Source: Candidatus Altimarinota bacterium
GTDB taxonomy: Bacteria > Patescibacteriota > Gracilibacteria > BD1-5 > UBA2023
NCBI GenBank assembly: GCA_028277205.1
Contig: JANQGT010000032.1
Span: 1-63,312 of the forward strand
Direction: 5' to 3'
Length of the DNA: 63,312 bases
Below are positions 20,954-36,779 of the stretch, in pieces (within the stretch, counting starts at the first letter, position 1; every line of letters starts with the position of its first letter). The notes below the pieces were generated by a model. It did not search any database, was not told where the DNA came from, and worked only from the letters and a program-made list of their open reading frames with translations. Made by a program: the position numbers and the translations under genes.

Positions 20954-23548
20954 ATGTTTCACCATTTTTCCGACGAATACAAAGCCCTCATGCTCGAGAC
21001 TGAAAAAGCGGTAAAATTTCGCGGATATAGCGAGATTATCCCGCAGGATGTTTTTTTGCAGGTGTGCAAGCTGCAGTCCGGTGATATTTTCGAGGTACTG
21101 GCAAACTACGGGATAAACGAAAAAATCGCACTCGAGGTTTTCGCGCAGAGTCCGTTTGCCGATGCGTTTGAGGAGCGGGAGGGAGACTACGGAGGCATCA
21201 GCGCTCATCTGAAAGAAATCATCGTCCTCTCTGTAAAGATCGCCGCAGGATACGAAAAGAAACATGCGCAGACGAGCGATTTCTTGCTTGCACTCTTTAA
21301 GAGTGGAAAGGAGTCGTGGTTTTATCAGTTTTTTGATTTTATCAGTGTCAATCCGAAAGACGTAGAGCAAAGTCTCATCGAGCTCTCGCGCGATACCGAG
21401 CCGGACGAGCCCACGCAAAATATGAACTCTCTCAACTCCATCCTCCAGTCGCTCGAGGAGGGCATCCAGGAGCAATTCGGAGGATTTGACGGACCGGGGG
21501 CAAATCCATTTCAGATGAACGGTCCCAGAAATCGCCCCGGAAAAAAAGAGGAGAGCCAGACGCCGGCGCTCGATTTTTTCGGGATCGATCTCACACAGGA
21601 GGCGCGCGACGGAAAAATAGACGTCATCATCGGTCGTGATGAGGAGATAGAGCGACTCGTGAGCGTCATCAATCGAAAGACGAAAAACAATCCCTGCCTC
21701 GTCGGTGAGCCGGGCGTGGGGAAAACGGCGGTGGTGGAGGGGCTCTCTCGCAGGATCGCCGAGGGATCGGTGCCACTCGCCATGCAAAACAAACGCGTGA
21801 TGTCCCTCGATCTCGGGGCGATGGTGGCAGGGACGAAATATCGCGGAGAATTTGAGGCGCGCATCAAGCAAATCATCGACGAGGCATCGAAGCTCGAAAA
21901 TGAGGTAATCCTGTTTATCGACGAGATCCATACCATCATCGGTGCCGGAGCGGGGGAGGGGACGCTCGACGCGGCAAATATCCTGAAGCCCGCCATGGGT
22001 CGCGGGAAAATCTGCGTCATCGGAGCAACGACGCTCAACGAGTATCAAAAGCATATCGAAAAGGATTCCGCGCTCGAGCGCCGATTTCAAAAGGTGGAAG
22101 TGGACGAGCCGGACGAGACGACCGCGACGGCGATCATCTACGGACTGCGTGAGGGATTCGAAGAATTTCACAATCTCATCATCGATGATGCCGCGGTCGA
22201 TGAGAGCGTCAAACTCTCTGTGCGCTACCTCACGGATCGTCGTCTGCCGGATAAAGCCATCGATCTCGTCGACGAGGCGTGCAGCGCAAAAAGCATGACG
22301 TACAATCACGACGAGTCCGAAATCCTGGCGCTCAAGGAAAAAATCGAAAAACTGCAAAAAGACATCGAGGGATTCGTCATCGGGCAAATGTATCACAAAG
22401 CGATAAAAGCAAAGGAAAAGCAAAACGAAATCGAGGAGCAAATCCGCGAAAAACGCGCAAAGAGAAAAATCCCCCGCGAAAATCGTCTGCACATCGGTGC
22501 GGATGACGTCCGTCGCGTCATCGAGCGGATATCCGGTATCCCCGTCGGAGAGCTGCAGCTGGAGGATCGCGAGAAGCTGCAAGATCTGGAGACGCGCCTC
22601 AAGACGCACATCATCGGTCAGGACAGTGCCATCGCCTCCATCGTGAGCGCCATCAAGCGCAGTCGGACGGGCATCGCCGATGAACGGCGTCCCATCGGGA
22701 GTTTTCTCTTTTTCGGACCGACGGGAGTCGGAAAGACCGAGCTCGTGAAAGTACTCGCACGAGAATTTTACGGAGATGAGGATGCCCTCATAAAAATCGA
22801 TATGTCCGAATATACCGAGCGCGCCTCAGCATCAAAGCTCATCGGGACCACAGCGGGATATGTCGGCTACGAGGAGGGGGGTATGCTCACGGAAAAAGTG
22901 CGCCGCAAGCCCTACTCCATCGTTCTCTTTGACGAGGTGGAAAAGGGAAATCCGGAGATATTTCACCTGCTCCTGCAGATCCTGGAGGACGGTATCGTGA
23001 CGGACGGAAAGGGGCGAAAGGTGAATTTTAAAAATACGATCATCGTCATGACCTCCAATATCGGGGGTGAAGAATTTACAAAAAAAGCGGCGCAAATCGG
23101 ATTTAACATCGACGATCGAAAGGAGCGAAAAATATTTGACGATATCGAGAAAATCAAAGATCGCATCGTCAAAAATCTCGACGACTATTTCGCGCCCGAA
23201 TTCATCAATCGTATCGACAAGCTCGTCTTTTTCGCGCCGATAGATCAAAAGGTGCTCAGAAAGATCATCGTCCAGCAGCTCCAGCGTCTCGTTGTGCGGC
23301 TTCAGAGTCTCAATGTCGAGCTCGCATACGATACCCGTACGATCAATTATATTCTCAAAGAGACATTTGATCCACAGTACGGTGCTCGCCCCGTCCGACG
23401 ATACATCCAGGATCATATAGAGGAAAAAATCGCCGATTTTTTGATAGAATGACAAAAATATGATATTATACGGATGACCGCAGGAAAACGCGGACTCATC
23501 TTCAAGTCTGAAATCTCTCTCGAGCATGCGAATCCGGTGATGGCGTAG
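20954..23548 (+). CDS. clpC: Clp/Hsp100 AAA+ chaperone, ClpC-type (two AAA modules, short middle domain)
   Basis: It has Clp_N repeats. Walker A motifs are GEPGVGKTA and GPTGVGKTE. The middle coiled coil is short (about 50 aa), as in ClpC rather than ClpB. The TGA at 23450 extends the protein by 32 codons to a TAG at 23546. Confidence 0.9.
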
Positions 23549-25055
23549 CTTCTGTATCGCGCTTTTCCTGCTTTTTCCGCTGGACGGTGCCCGAGGATAC
23601 GTTGGCGAGGAGCTCGGATTTGATCTGTATCGCACGATCGATATCGGACTGCCCGCCCTCGAAAATCGTCTCATCATCCGACGCCTCGAGTGAAGCGGTG
23701 CAAAAATCAACACGCTGGTCGGACGTGCCTGTCGCGACTATCGGGGAGAGCAGATTTTTTGTCTCATCGAACAAGACTATACCGTGACGGAAATCGAGGC
23801 GATCGCGGACAATCGTCTAAAGCCGATCCTCCTGCGCCTGCGCTCCGAAGCGCTCGATGGATTCAATACGGAGGTGTTTGGCGAAGATATGCTGAATCGC
23901 ATCCGAAAATATATCGACGCTCTCATAGAGGATGCGCGCGCCGAGCGCCGGGGTATCGAAATGTTTGGGACGATCGGACTTTTTACCGATGGAGATATCG
24001 AAAACTCCGGCTATGATCTCATCGACGATCTCGAAAAAATCAATGCCGTTTTGTTTTCCGATGCTCCGGAGTATGACGGCATCTCGAATGCAAATGCCCT
24101 CCATCTCGGCAGCATCCTCGATATCGGAGAGTTTTTTGATGGAGAGGATAATGAGATAGAGGGAATCTTTAGTCGTGACGCGGAGACGCGCTACGAGGGA
24201 GTCTCTCTGTCGGATGCGGTGGTCGATGATACGGTATCCTGCGCGCCCGAGGGAGCATATGATATTGGCGTACTTGACTCCTGAAATATTTTTGATCCGA
24301 CATCCGACTCGGGTGGTTTTGACGGTGTCGCCACGGTAGAGCGCCGATGATCCGAGGGATCGGAGTTTGGGTGATTTCCCACAGGGGGCGACGATTCCTT
24401 TCCCTGCAGTGGCAGTCAGATTTTTTGCATCGAGATCGAGTTTGTCATGTACGATCAGATGCTTTTGGACTATGGGGGTGCAGACGACTCCATCGAGGGC
24501 ATCGTCGATCATACTCTGGAAATCCTCAATGAGTATGCGCCTACGAGCTTTGCGCAAGCACGAATGACAAACAACTTTTTTGAGCTGTCGCTGAAAGATC
24601 TCGATCTACCGTCGATGGTGCATATCGGTGTTGTCGTCAGCCGAAAGACACCGCCGATCCTCAATCTGGAGGCATGACAGGACGAGTCCGAAGAGAATGC
24701 TCGGGAGGCTTCGGACGCATTTGAGGCGACGTTCGAGCGGACATTTCGCATGTATGGACTGGAGTACTCTCGACAAAATATGCTCTCGAATCCGTGCGTC
24801 GACTACGAGCTGACGCTCCTGTATGAGGGGACGACCGAGCGCGAAAACAAGATCCGAAACGAACGCTGCAAGCCCGGATGAACTCAGCATGAGGCATATC
24901 CCGAGATCGAAAGCGAAAAAATGAAAGACGAATACTATCAGCATTTTTCGGGCGATCTCCAGCAGTTTGCTACGAATATGAGCACCCTCGCCGCAAGTAT
25001 CCGGCAGATGATCGGCGTCATAAAATGAGTCAATGAAATCCCAAACACTCGCTAG
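23526..25055 (+). CDS. Secreted hypothetical protein (509 aa), no recognised family
   Basis: The frame is continuous from ATG 23526 to the TAG at 25053 when TGA is read as Gly, and every gap between track pieces 23784.. and 24447.. was walked. A signal-peptide-like N-terminus is present (MRIRGWRSFCIALFLLFPLDGARG). The protein is acidic with scattered Cys. It overlaps the clpC end by 23 nt. Confidence 0.6.
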
Positions 25056-26400
25056 CATTCTCGTGTTTTGTCTCGCATTTTTTGCGGTACCGGTCGGTGC
25101 CTTTGCGCAGTCCGGTATTCCCGCTTCGCCTGCGCCGACTTCTTCGAGCGAAGATTTTGCCGAAACTGCGGATGGAGGGAGTCGCGCCTGTACACAAGCA
25201 AGCGAGCCGCCGGAAATTATTTCAGAGTATATAGACAATCTGCGATCGACGCTCGCAGTCGTGAGAGCCGCTGCGAATAGGGCGGGTGCCGGATGCGAAC
25301 AGGATCTCTGATTTGAAAGTGCGGACAATAGCATCACAAAGCAATATTCAAAATTTCGATCCGAGCTCGTCTCTGGGGTGAATTCCATATTGAGCTTTCT
25401 CAATTTTGATACGAGCGCTCGATTTTACCTCGATCTCATCCTCGACAGCGAGATCCCGAAATTCGTGCGACGGGACAATCGACTGCTCACGAGACAGCAA
25501 GAAGACATTCATGCAACGCTCGGATATATCTACGCGCGATGCCGCGAAGATGCTCCGCTTTGAGACAATGAAATCGAAGGACTTGATCCCGAGACCTCAC
25601 TCTCGGATGTCGTCCAAAAACTCCTGAAAAATCATATTACTATTCACAATTTTTTTCGCGCCGTCGTCATAAATGACCTGCCCGACGAGACTCCCAGCGA
25701 GCTGCTGCTGGTAGGGTCAGATCAGGAGTTTGTATCGGGGATGCTGGCGGGATACTCGATCGACACGCAAAATCTCTGTCGAGCGGAGAGTGATTTTTTC
25801 GAGCGTATCAGTGAGGCGATCGATCGTATCGGCGAGCTCGGCGGTGAGATCGGAAAAGCAATCGACGACTGGGAAGCGGCATGGGCGATGCTCAATAATG
25901 CGGACGAACTCGTAAAGGCAAAGAGCAATCACGAGCTTCGTCTGTCGATCTCTCTGACCGAGGAGGGAGTCAGTATCGGCGGAAGCGCCGAGCTCGCCGT
26001 GCAAAAATCCGCACGAAGCGAGAGCGCTCCCGAAGCACTCGGAATCGGCGCGCAGCTGCGAAATATCGGACGAAAGATCACGAGCACGCTCGACGTGATA
26101 AAAAATCAATATTTCCGGTGGGAGGACGCGCTGGAGGACCCGGAAAACACGGAGCGCTATCTAAAGCTCGCCGAGGCGCTGCGTCGTGAGGAAGAGTATA
26201 ATGTCCGTATCGTCGAGGACTATCATACGCTCGCGACACTCTTATCGCAGTCTGATGCGACTGTTTCTGAAAATATCTCGGAGCTCGCCGAGATCCACGC
26301 GATACTCATCGAGATCGAGCAGGAGATACAGGAGGCTGTCCCGACATCGCGAAAAGCCTGCGACAGCCAAGCGCAAGGGCTGGGACAGTGCGAGTACTAG
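25033..26400 (+). CDS. Secreted hypothetical protein (455 aa), coiled-coil-rich, no recognised family
   Basis: Track pieces 25033.., 25378.. and 25741.. are in one frame, joined by TGA at 25309 and 25561. A classical signal peptide is present (MKSQTLASILVFCLAFFAVPVGAFAQS). The C-terminus has a Cys pair (CDSQAQGLGQCEY). It overlaps the upstream ORF by 23 nt. Ends in TAG. Confidence 0.6.
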
Positions 26401-26474
26401 CCGAGAAATCTTGACGGTCTGCAAATTTCAAAACCGCGGATTTGATTTTTGTATGAAAATTTTCCAAAAAAGAT

Positions 26475-26502
26475 TTGCATTTTCAGAAGAGTTTTTTATA
26501 CT
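26475..26502 (+). promoter_or_regulatory. Candidate promoter for rpoB-rpoC
   Basis: The sequence is TTGCAT (26475..26480) - 16 nt - TATACT (26497..26502), about 110 nt upstream of the rpoB ATG. Confidence 0.35.
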
Positions 26503-26610
26503 TCTGTCATTCGCGCCGGATGCGATTGTGTTTCGATGTGGGTGTTCGGCGTATGGTCATACTCGATTTTCGCGGACTACTCGCGATCGTTGTCATTATC
26601 TTTTCGCTTC

Positions 26611-29600
26611 ATGTCCACCGTACCGGTGCAAAAAGTCCCCGTCCCTGCGGAGATAGGGGCGCTGTATGCCGTTGAATGACGGTATTTTTTCACGGATGAT
26701 ACATCCATCCTCCAGACGCCCGATCTCATCGAGGTGCAGCGCGACTCGTATCGAGACTTTCTGGATCGTCGTCTGCAGCAGGCGTTTGAGGAGACGTTTC
26801 CCATTCACGACTTTTCGGGAGAAAAGATCGATATCGCTTTTCAGTCGCTTTTGATCGAGGAGCCGAAATTTGACATTTTGGACTGCAAACGCAAAAATCT
26901 CAACTACGAAGCTCCTTTCAAAATCCGGCTCGAAATGCTCAATAAAGAGACCGGCGAGATCAAAGAGCAGGATGTCTACATGGGAGGAATTCCGCTCATG
27001 ACCGAACGCGGAACATTTATCGTCAATGGCGTCGAGCGCGTCATAGTCAATCAGATCATCCGATCGACCGGACTGTTTTTCACACCGGATCAAAAGATTC
27101 CGGGATACTTCGCGATGAAGATGATCCCCCAGCGCGGAAGCTGGCTCGAGATCGAGATCGATCGAAAAGGGTCTATCAATGTCAAAATCGATAAAAAGCG
27201 AAAAATTCCCGTGACGACGCTCCTGCGGGCGTACGGCTACGAGACCGATTCGGATATCGTCGCACTCTTCAAGGATAACAAGGATTTCCTGTCGAAGTAT
27301 ATCGCTCCCACGCTCGAAAAGGATCGCGCGAAAACCCGCATCGACGCGCTGTATACTATCTACAAACTCCTGCGTCCCGGCGATCTGGGGACAGAAGAAC
27401 GAGTCGCAGACCTTTTTGAGACGACGTTTTTCGATACCAAAAAATTTGAGCTCGGATCCGTGGCGCGCATGAAAATGGATCGAAAGCTCGAACGCGAGAG
27501 CGACACTGAGACCGCCATGTTTTTTACAAAGGAGGATATAGCCGCCGGACTCCGATACCTGCTCTCGCTCATGGAGGGCTATGAGGGGTACATGTGGGAT
27601 GATATCGATCATCTGGAAAATCGTCGCATCCGCTCGGTCGGCGAGCTCGTATACGACAAAATCAAAGTCGGACTCGCCCGCATGGAAAAAATCGCAAAAG
27701 ACCGTATGACCGTCGTGGAGCTCGCAGACGCCACTCCCGGATCGTTTATAAATTCGCGACCTATCATCGCCGTACTGCGAGAATTTTTCGGGACGAGCCA
27801 GCTGTCGCAATTCATGGATCAGTCGAATCCCGTCTCGGAGATCGCTCACAAGCGACGCCTGACCGCCATGGGGCCGGGAGGACTGACACGAGAGCGCGCG
27901 AGCTTTGAAGTGCGCGATGTACACCCTACGCAGTACGGACGCATCTGTCCCATCGCTACGCCGGAGTGACCGAATATCGGTCTCGTCCTCCATCTGGCGA
28001 CCTATGCGAAAATCGATACATACGGATTTATCAAAACGCCGTATCGAAAGATCGCCCATACGACGCCAAACGACGGAGCGTCCGCAGTCAATCGCATCGC
28101 CCTCGGAAATATCATGGGAGATGATGGAAGCATCCTCGTAGAGGATAAGGCGTACATCACCCAAAAAGACGCGAAAGAAATCCAGAAAAAAAGCAGCACT
28201 CCAGAGATCACGGTGCGCGGATACCTCACGAATGAATATGAGTACTTCGATGCGTTTCGCGAGCGATTCCTCGTCATCGCGGAGGCAAATACCGAGACCG
28301 ACGAACACGATAATTTTACTACGACCCGTATCGGCGTGCGAAAAAACTCTGAGCCGATCATCGCCTACGTCGGAGAGATCACTCACATTGACGTCTCTCC
28401 AAAGCAAATAATGTCCGAAACGACGGCGCTCATTCCATTTCTAGAGCACGATCACGCCACACGCGCCGAGATGGGTACAAACATGATGCGCCAGGCGGTT
28501 CCTCTGCTGCAGGCGGATGCGCCCGTCGTCGGTACGGGGATGGAGCGTATCATCGGCGAGGGATCGGGATACGTGATCAAGGCGGAGGAAAGCGGAGAAA
28601 TCATCGGCGTCGACGCAAAGCATATTTCCATCCTCTATGCCTCCGGAAAAAAGGCGCTGTACGAGCTCAAAACATTTGAGCGATCAAACCATGATATGAT
28701 CATCCATCAAAAGCCGCGTGTTTCCACCGGAGACACAGTAACGGCGGGACAGGTGCTCGCAGACGGTCAATCCATCGAAAACGGCGAGCTCGCCCTCGGA
28801 AAGAATTTGCGTGTGGCATTCATGTCATGGGAAGGGTATAACTACGAGGATGCCATCATCATCAGCTCGCGTCTGGTAGAGCAGGATGTCTATACCTCCG
28901 TACATATAAACGAGTATATCCTCGACGTACGAGAGACCAAGCTCGGACCCGAAGAAACAACCTACGATATCCCGAATGTCAGTGCCGCAAAGCTGAAAGA
29001 TCTCGACGAGGAAGGAATCGTGCGAATCGGCGCCTATGTCGAAGGATGAGATATCCTCGTCGGAAAAGTAACGCCGAAAGGAGAGATCGAGCTGTCTCCG
29101 GAGGAGCGGCTGTTGCGTGCGATATTCGGAGATAAATCGAAAGATGTCAAAGACTCCTCGCTCGTGCTCCCATCGGGATCAGGTGGAAAGGTCATCCAGA
29201 TCCATGTCCTCAAACGTGAAAACGGTGATAATCTCCCGACCGGCGTTTTCAAACAAGTCAAGGTCTACGTCGCACAAACCCGCAAAATCGAAGTCGGAGA
29301 CAAAATGGCGGGGCGCCACGGAAACAAAGGAATCGTCGCGCGTATCGTGGCACCGGAGGATATGCCTTTCATGGCGGACGGTACGCCGGTGGATATTATT
29401 CTCAATCCGCTGGGTGTCATCTCCCGTATGAATATCGGACAGATCCTGGAGACGCATCTCGGAGCGGTCGCCCATGCCCTCGGTATCAAGATCGCAACGC
29501 CCATCCTCAATGGTATTCACACCGACGAAATCACTCGACTCATGGCGCACTGCGGTATGGACGAGGACGGAAAAGTCCAGCTGTACGACGGAAAAACCGG

Positions 29601-30123
29601 TGAAGCATTCAAGGAGCGTACGATGGTCGGCGTGAAATATATGCTGAAACTCCATCACCTCGTCGAGGATAAAATCCACGCTCGCGCGGTCGGTCCCTAC
29701 TCTATGGTGACGCAGCAACCCCTCTGAGGAAAGGCGCAAAACGGAGGACAGCGACTCGGAGAAATGGAAGTCTGGGCGCTGGAGGGATACGGATCCGCGA
29801 ATATCCTCCAAGAGATGCTCACGATCAAATCGGACGATATCAACGGACGTATCCAGTCCTACGAAGCCATCGTCAAACGATCTGCGATCAGGCGTCCGAA
29901 TATTCCCGAATCATTCAATGTCCTCCTGCGGGAGCTGCAGGCGCTCAATCTCAAGGTCGAACTTTTGGATATTCATGAGCTCGAAATCCTCGAACAAGCA
30001 ATGCTGGAGCGCTACGAGATCCTCGAAAAGCTCGAAGGACAATTTGATCTCGAAACGGAAAATCTCTGAAGTGATGCCCGTGTAGATACCTCGCCGGCAG
30101 CGCAGGTGGAAGGTGACGAATAA
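26611..30123 (+). CDS. rpoB: DNA-directed RNA polymerase subunit beta
   Basis: Four track fragments are in one frame. TGA falls at invariant Gly positions: 27967 (ATPE-G-PNIGL), 29047 ([14 protein letters not shown]) and 29725 ([22 protein letters not shown]). The TGA at 30067 adds an 18-codon tail before a TAA. Confidence 0.95.
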
Positions 30124-30162
30124 GAAATAGCACCCCTCTTGTATATTTTCTCATTTTTTCCT

Positions 30163-34242
<4,080 letters not shown>

Positions 34243-34252
34243 ATATCGACGT

Positions 34253-34852
34253 ATGAAGCAGAGAAGTGCGATGACATTTTTTGATCGTGTCTCGGATACC
34301 TGTCGTTTTGCCGTGCGATTTTTCCGGCATCCGCGGCGCGTATCGTCGCTGGTCCCCAGCTCGCGGGCATTCGGAGAAAAAATGTTTGAGGGTATCGATG
34401 TCGACAACGCGACATGTATCGTAGAGCTCTGACCCGGTATCGGAAATTTCTGCGATCAGATGTTGGAGCGATTTTCACAGGATGGGACGTGGCTCATGAT
34501 AGAGCTCGATCCCGAGTATGCAAAGCGCCTGCGAAGTAAGTATGCGCATGATCCGAGGGTTCTCGTCGTCGAGGGATCTGCCTGAGATCTGGAGTTGATT
34601 TTAGAGCAGCATGGATATGCCGAGACACCGATAGACGCGATCATCAGCGGACTGCCGACGCCATCGATTCCCCCAGACGAGATGCGATGCATCGTGAGCG
34701 CTCTTCGAAAATACACCAATCAAGCAACAAAATTTCGCATGCTGACCTACATGCCGAATGTGGTACCGAAATACTATGAGGGTCTTCCGCTTCGACGCCT
34801 CTCGAAGACTTGGCGAAATTTTCCGCCTGCGTACGTTTTGGGCGTTCATTAG
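34253..34852 (+). CDS. Class I SAM-dependent methyltransferase (COG3963/PmtA-like layout)
   Basis: Motif I spans a TGA (CIVEL-G-PGIGNF). Also present are VVEGSA-G-DLE and IISGLPTPSIP. Ends in TAG. Confidence 0.65.
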
Positions 34853-34875
34853 TGTACCTTATAGACTCGCTACGA

Positions 34876-35760
34876 ATGCGACGTATGGCAATAACAGCAG
34901 TGTGCGCAGTGATCGCGATGGGCGGTGTATTGATCGAAATGCGCTCTACACACGCACAAAATACCACCGAAGAATACGAAGAAACATTCGATGTCGAGCT
35001 CTCGTCCAGCGCATCGGAGGTGGTATTGGGAGAAAGATTTTTCGTGCGAGTCACCATCCGGCAGGATAGTAGCAGTGCAGAGCTTGGGCAATTTTGATCG
35101 GTGGACATACCAGGCATTGATGCATTTGAATTTCTTCGGCGTCATCAGGAGTCGACTTTTCAGTTTCTTTCGGGGACGTCGATCCGCCGTACTATCCACG
35201 AATACGTCCTACTCGCCTCAAATCCGGGCGTCTACGAGCTCGGTCCGGCGATGGCAGAGCATGCAGGACGCTTTGGTATCAGTAATGTCATCACGATCAC
35301 AGTCGTAGATCAGTCCGATCTGCTGCAGCGCGAAAGCACTCAATCGATGCATGCAGACCGGATCGCACACACTCCAAATGTTTGAGCGTTTCCCTGGATT
35401 GTCACGATCTCTGCAGTGCTTGGGTGATTGCTTGTTGTTTTGTTTGCTTTGCTTCTTGCGACACTCGGAAAGCGAAATGTGAATCGACCCACTATCGTCT
35501 CTACAGAGCTGATTTTCCCGTCCCGATCTCCTCTGGATCCGATCACCACAAAGGATGAATTTATCCGAGCGCTCTCGACTCGATACGCCCGAGACGTCTC
35601 CATGCTTTCATTTCGTGAGATTCTTGCGCTTGAAACCTCGCCGGAAAGCCGTACAATGCTTGCCGAGATTTTTGCCTCTATCGAGCGCCAGCGATATGCG
35701 GAGGGCGCGCAGGATCTCGATGATGCGACGCGTGAGCGCATTTGAGACTTTATCCGATAA
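34876..35760 (+). CDS. BatD-like (oxygen-tolerance family) membrane protein
   Basis: It has a signal or anchor segment (MRRMAITAVCAVIAMGGVL). A beta-rich ectodomain follows (FDVELSSSASEVVLGERFFVRVTI...), then a TM segment (AFPWIVTISAVL-G-LLVVLFALLLA) and a C-terminal helical tail. Three track pieces are in one frame. Ends in TAA at 35758. Confidence 0.55.
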
Positions 35761-35772
35761 TAGTCGACCACC

Positions 35773-36759
35773 ATGCGAGAAAAAGACCCCGAAATCATCG
35801 AACGCATCGAGGCGTATCGACAGTCCATGGATCATGTACGACGCGAAATCGCGCGCGTCGTCGTGGGACAGCACCTGCTCATCCGCAGTATCCTCATCGC
35901 CATTCTCGCACGCTGACACATCCTCCTAGAGGGGGTGCCCGGTCTCGGAAAGACTCTGGCGCTCTCGACAGTCGCACGCACGATGGATCTCGATTTTTCC
36001 CGCGTGTCGTTTACGCCCGATCTGCTGCCGTCCGATATCATCGGAGGACAGATATACCACCAGGCAAAGAGTGAATTTTTCACGAAAAAGGGACCGATAT
36101 TTACCAATTTTCTTTTGGCGGACGAGATAAATCGCGCACCCGCAAAAGTGCAGTCGGCGCTTTTGGAGGCGATGCAGGAGCGAAGGGTGACGATCGCGGA
36201 CGAGACGTTTTCACTCTCGGATCCGTTTATGGTGCTCGCTACGCAAAATCCCGTCGAGCAGGATGGGACCTACGCCCTCCCGGAGGCGCAGCAGGATCGC
36301 TTTCTTTTCAAAACGCTCGTCGGCTATCCCACTCGCGAAGAAGAAATCGCCATCATGTCGGAGGGGGATTCGGACTTTCCGAGTGTGGAGCGCGTACTCG
36401 ATCGACAGACGCTCTTGGATATGCAGCGATTTTTGCGCGAACATATCTATATTCACGACTCCATCAGAGAGTACGTCGCGGACATTGTCTTTGCCACGCG
36501 AGGACAGGGAGATGCCGGCATGAGAGTGGCATCGCTCATCCGTCTCGGCGCGTCTCCCCGAGCGGGCATCGCATTTCTATCAGGCGCTCGGGCGCTCGCA
36601 TTTCTGGAGGGACGGGACTACGTCATCCCCGAGGATATCAAAGAGCTCGCTCCCGAAATCCTGCGCCATCGTATCCATCGGTCATTTGATGCGATCGCGG
36701 ATGAGATTTCGATCGAGGAGATCATCGTCCGCGTGCTCGACTCGGTCGTGGTACCGTAG
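35773..36759 (+). CDS. MoxR-family AAA+ ATPase
   Basis: The N-terminus reads [32 protein letters not shown] (Walker A). Also present are [23 protein letters not shown] and VLATQNP.E. The N-terminus is recovered across the TGA at 35923. Confidence 0.9.
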
Positions 36760-36779
36760 TGTTTTTGTCATTTCGTGAT

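Noticed and set aside
20930-23713. Minus-strand ORFs 20930..22609 (559 aa) and 22832..23713 (293 aa).
   Set aside because: They are antisense to clpC, whose Walker motifs lie on the plus strand. The products are compositionally odd (Arg/Leu/Asp-rich) with no motifs.
23817-25403. Minus-strand ORFs 23817..24557 (246 aa) and 24606..25403 (265 aa), as alternatives to the two secreted ORFans.
   Set aside because: The plus-strand frames are continuous over 1.4-1.5 kb under table 25 and begin with signal-peptide-like sequences. The minus ORFs have low-complexity Arg/Ser-rich products. This is the least certain of my strand decisions.
26596-28407. A 603-aa minus-strand ORF, the longest uninterrupted standard-code ORF in the window.
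   Set aside because: It is exactly antisense to rpoB, whose plus-strand frame carries unmistakable RpoB motifs. The product has no recognisable motifs, so it is a shadow ORF.
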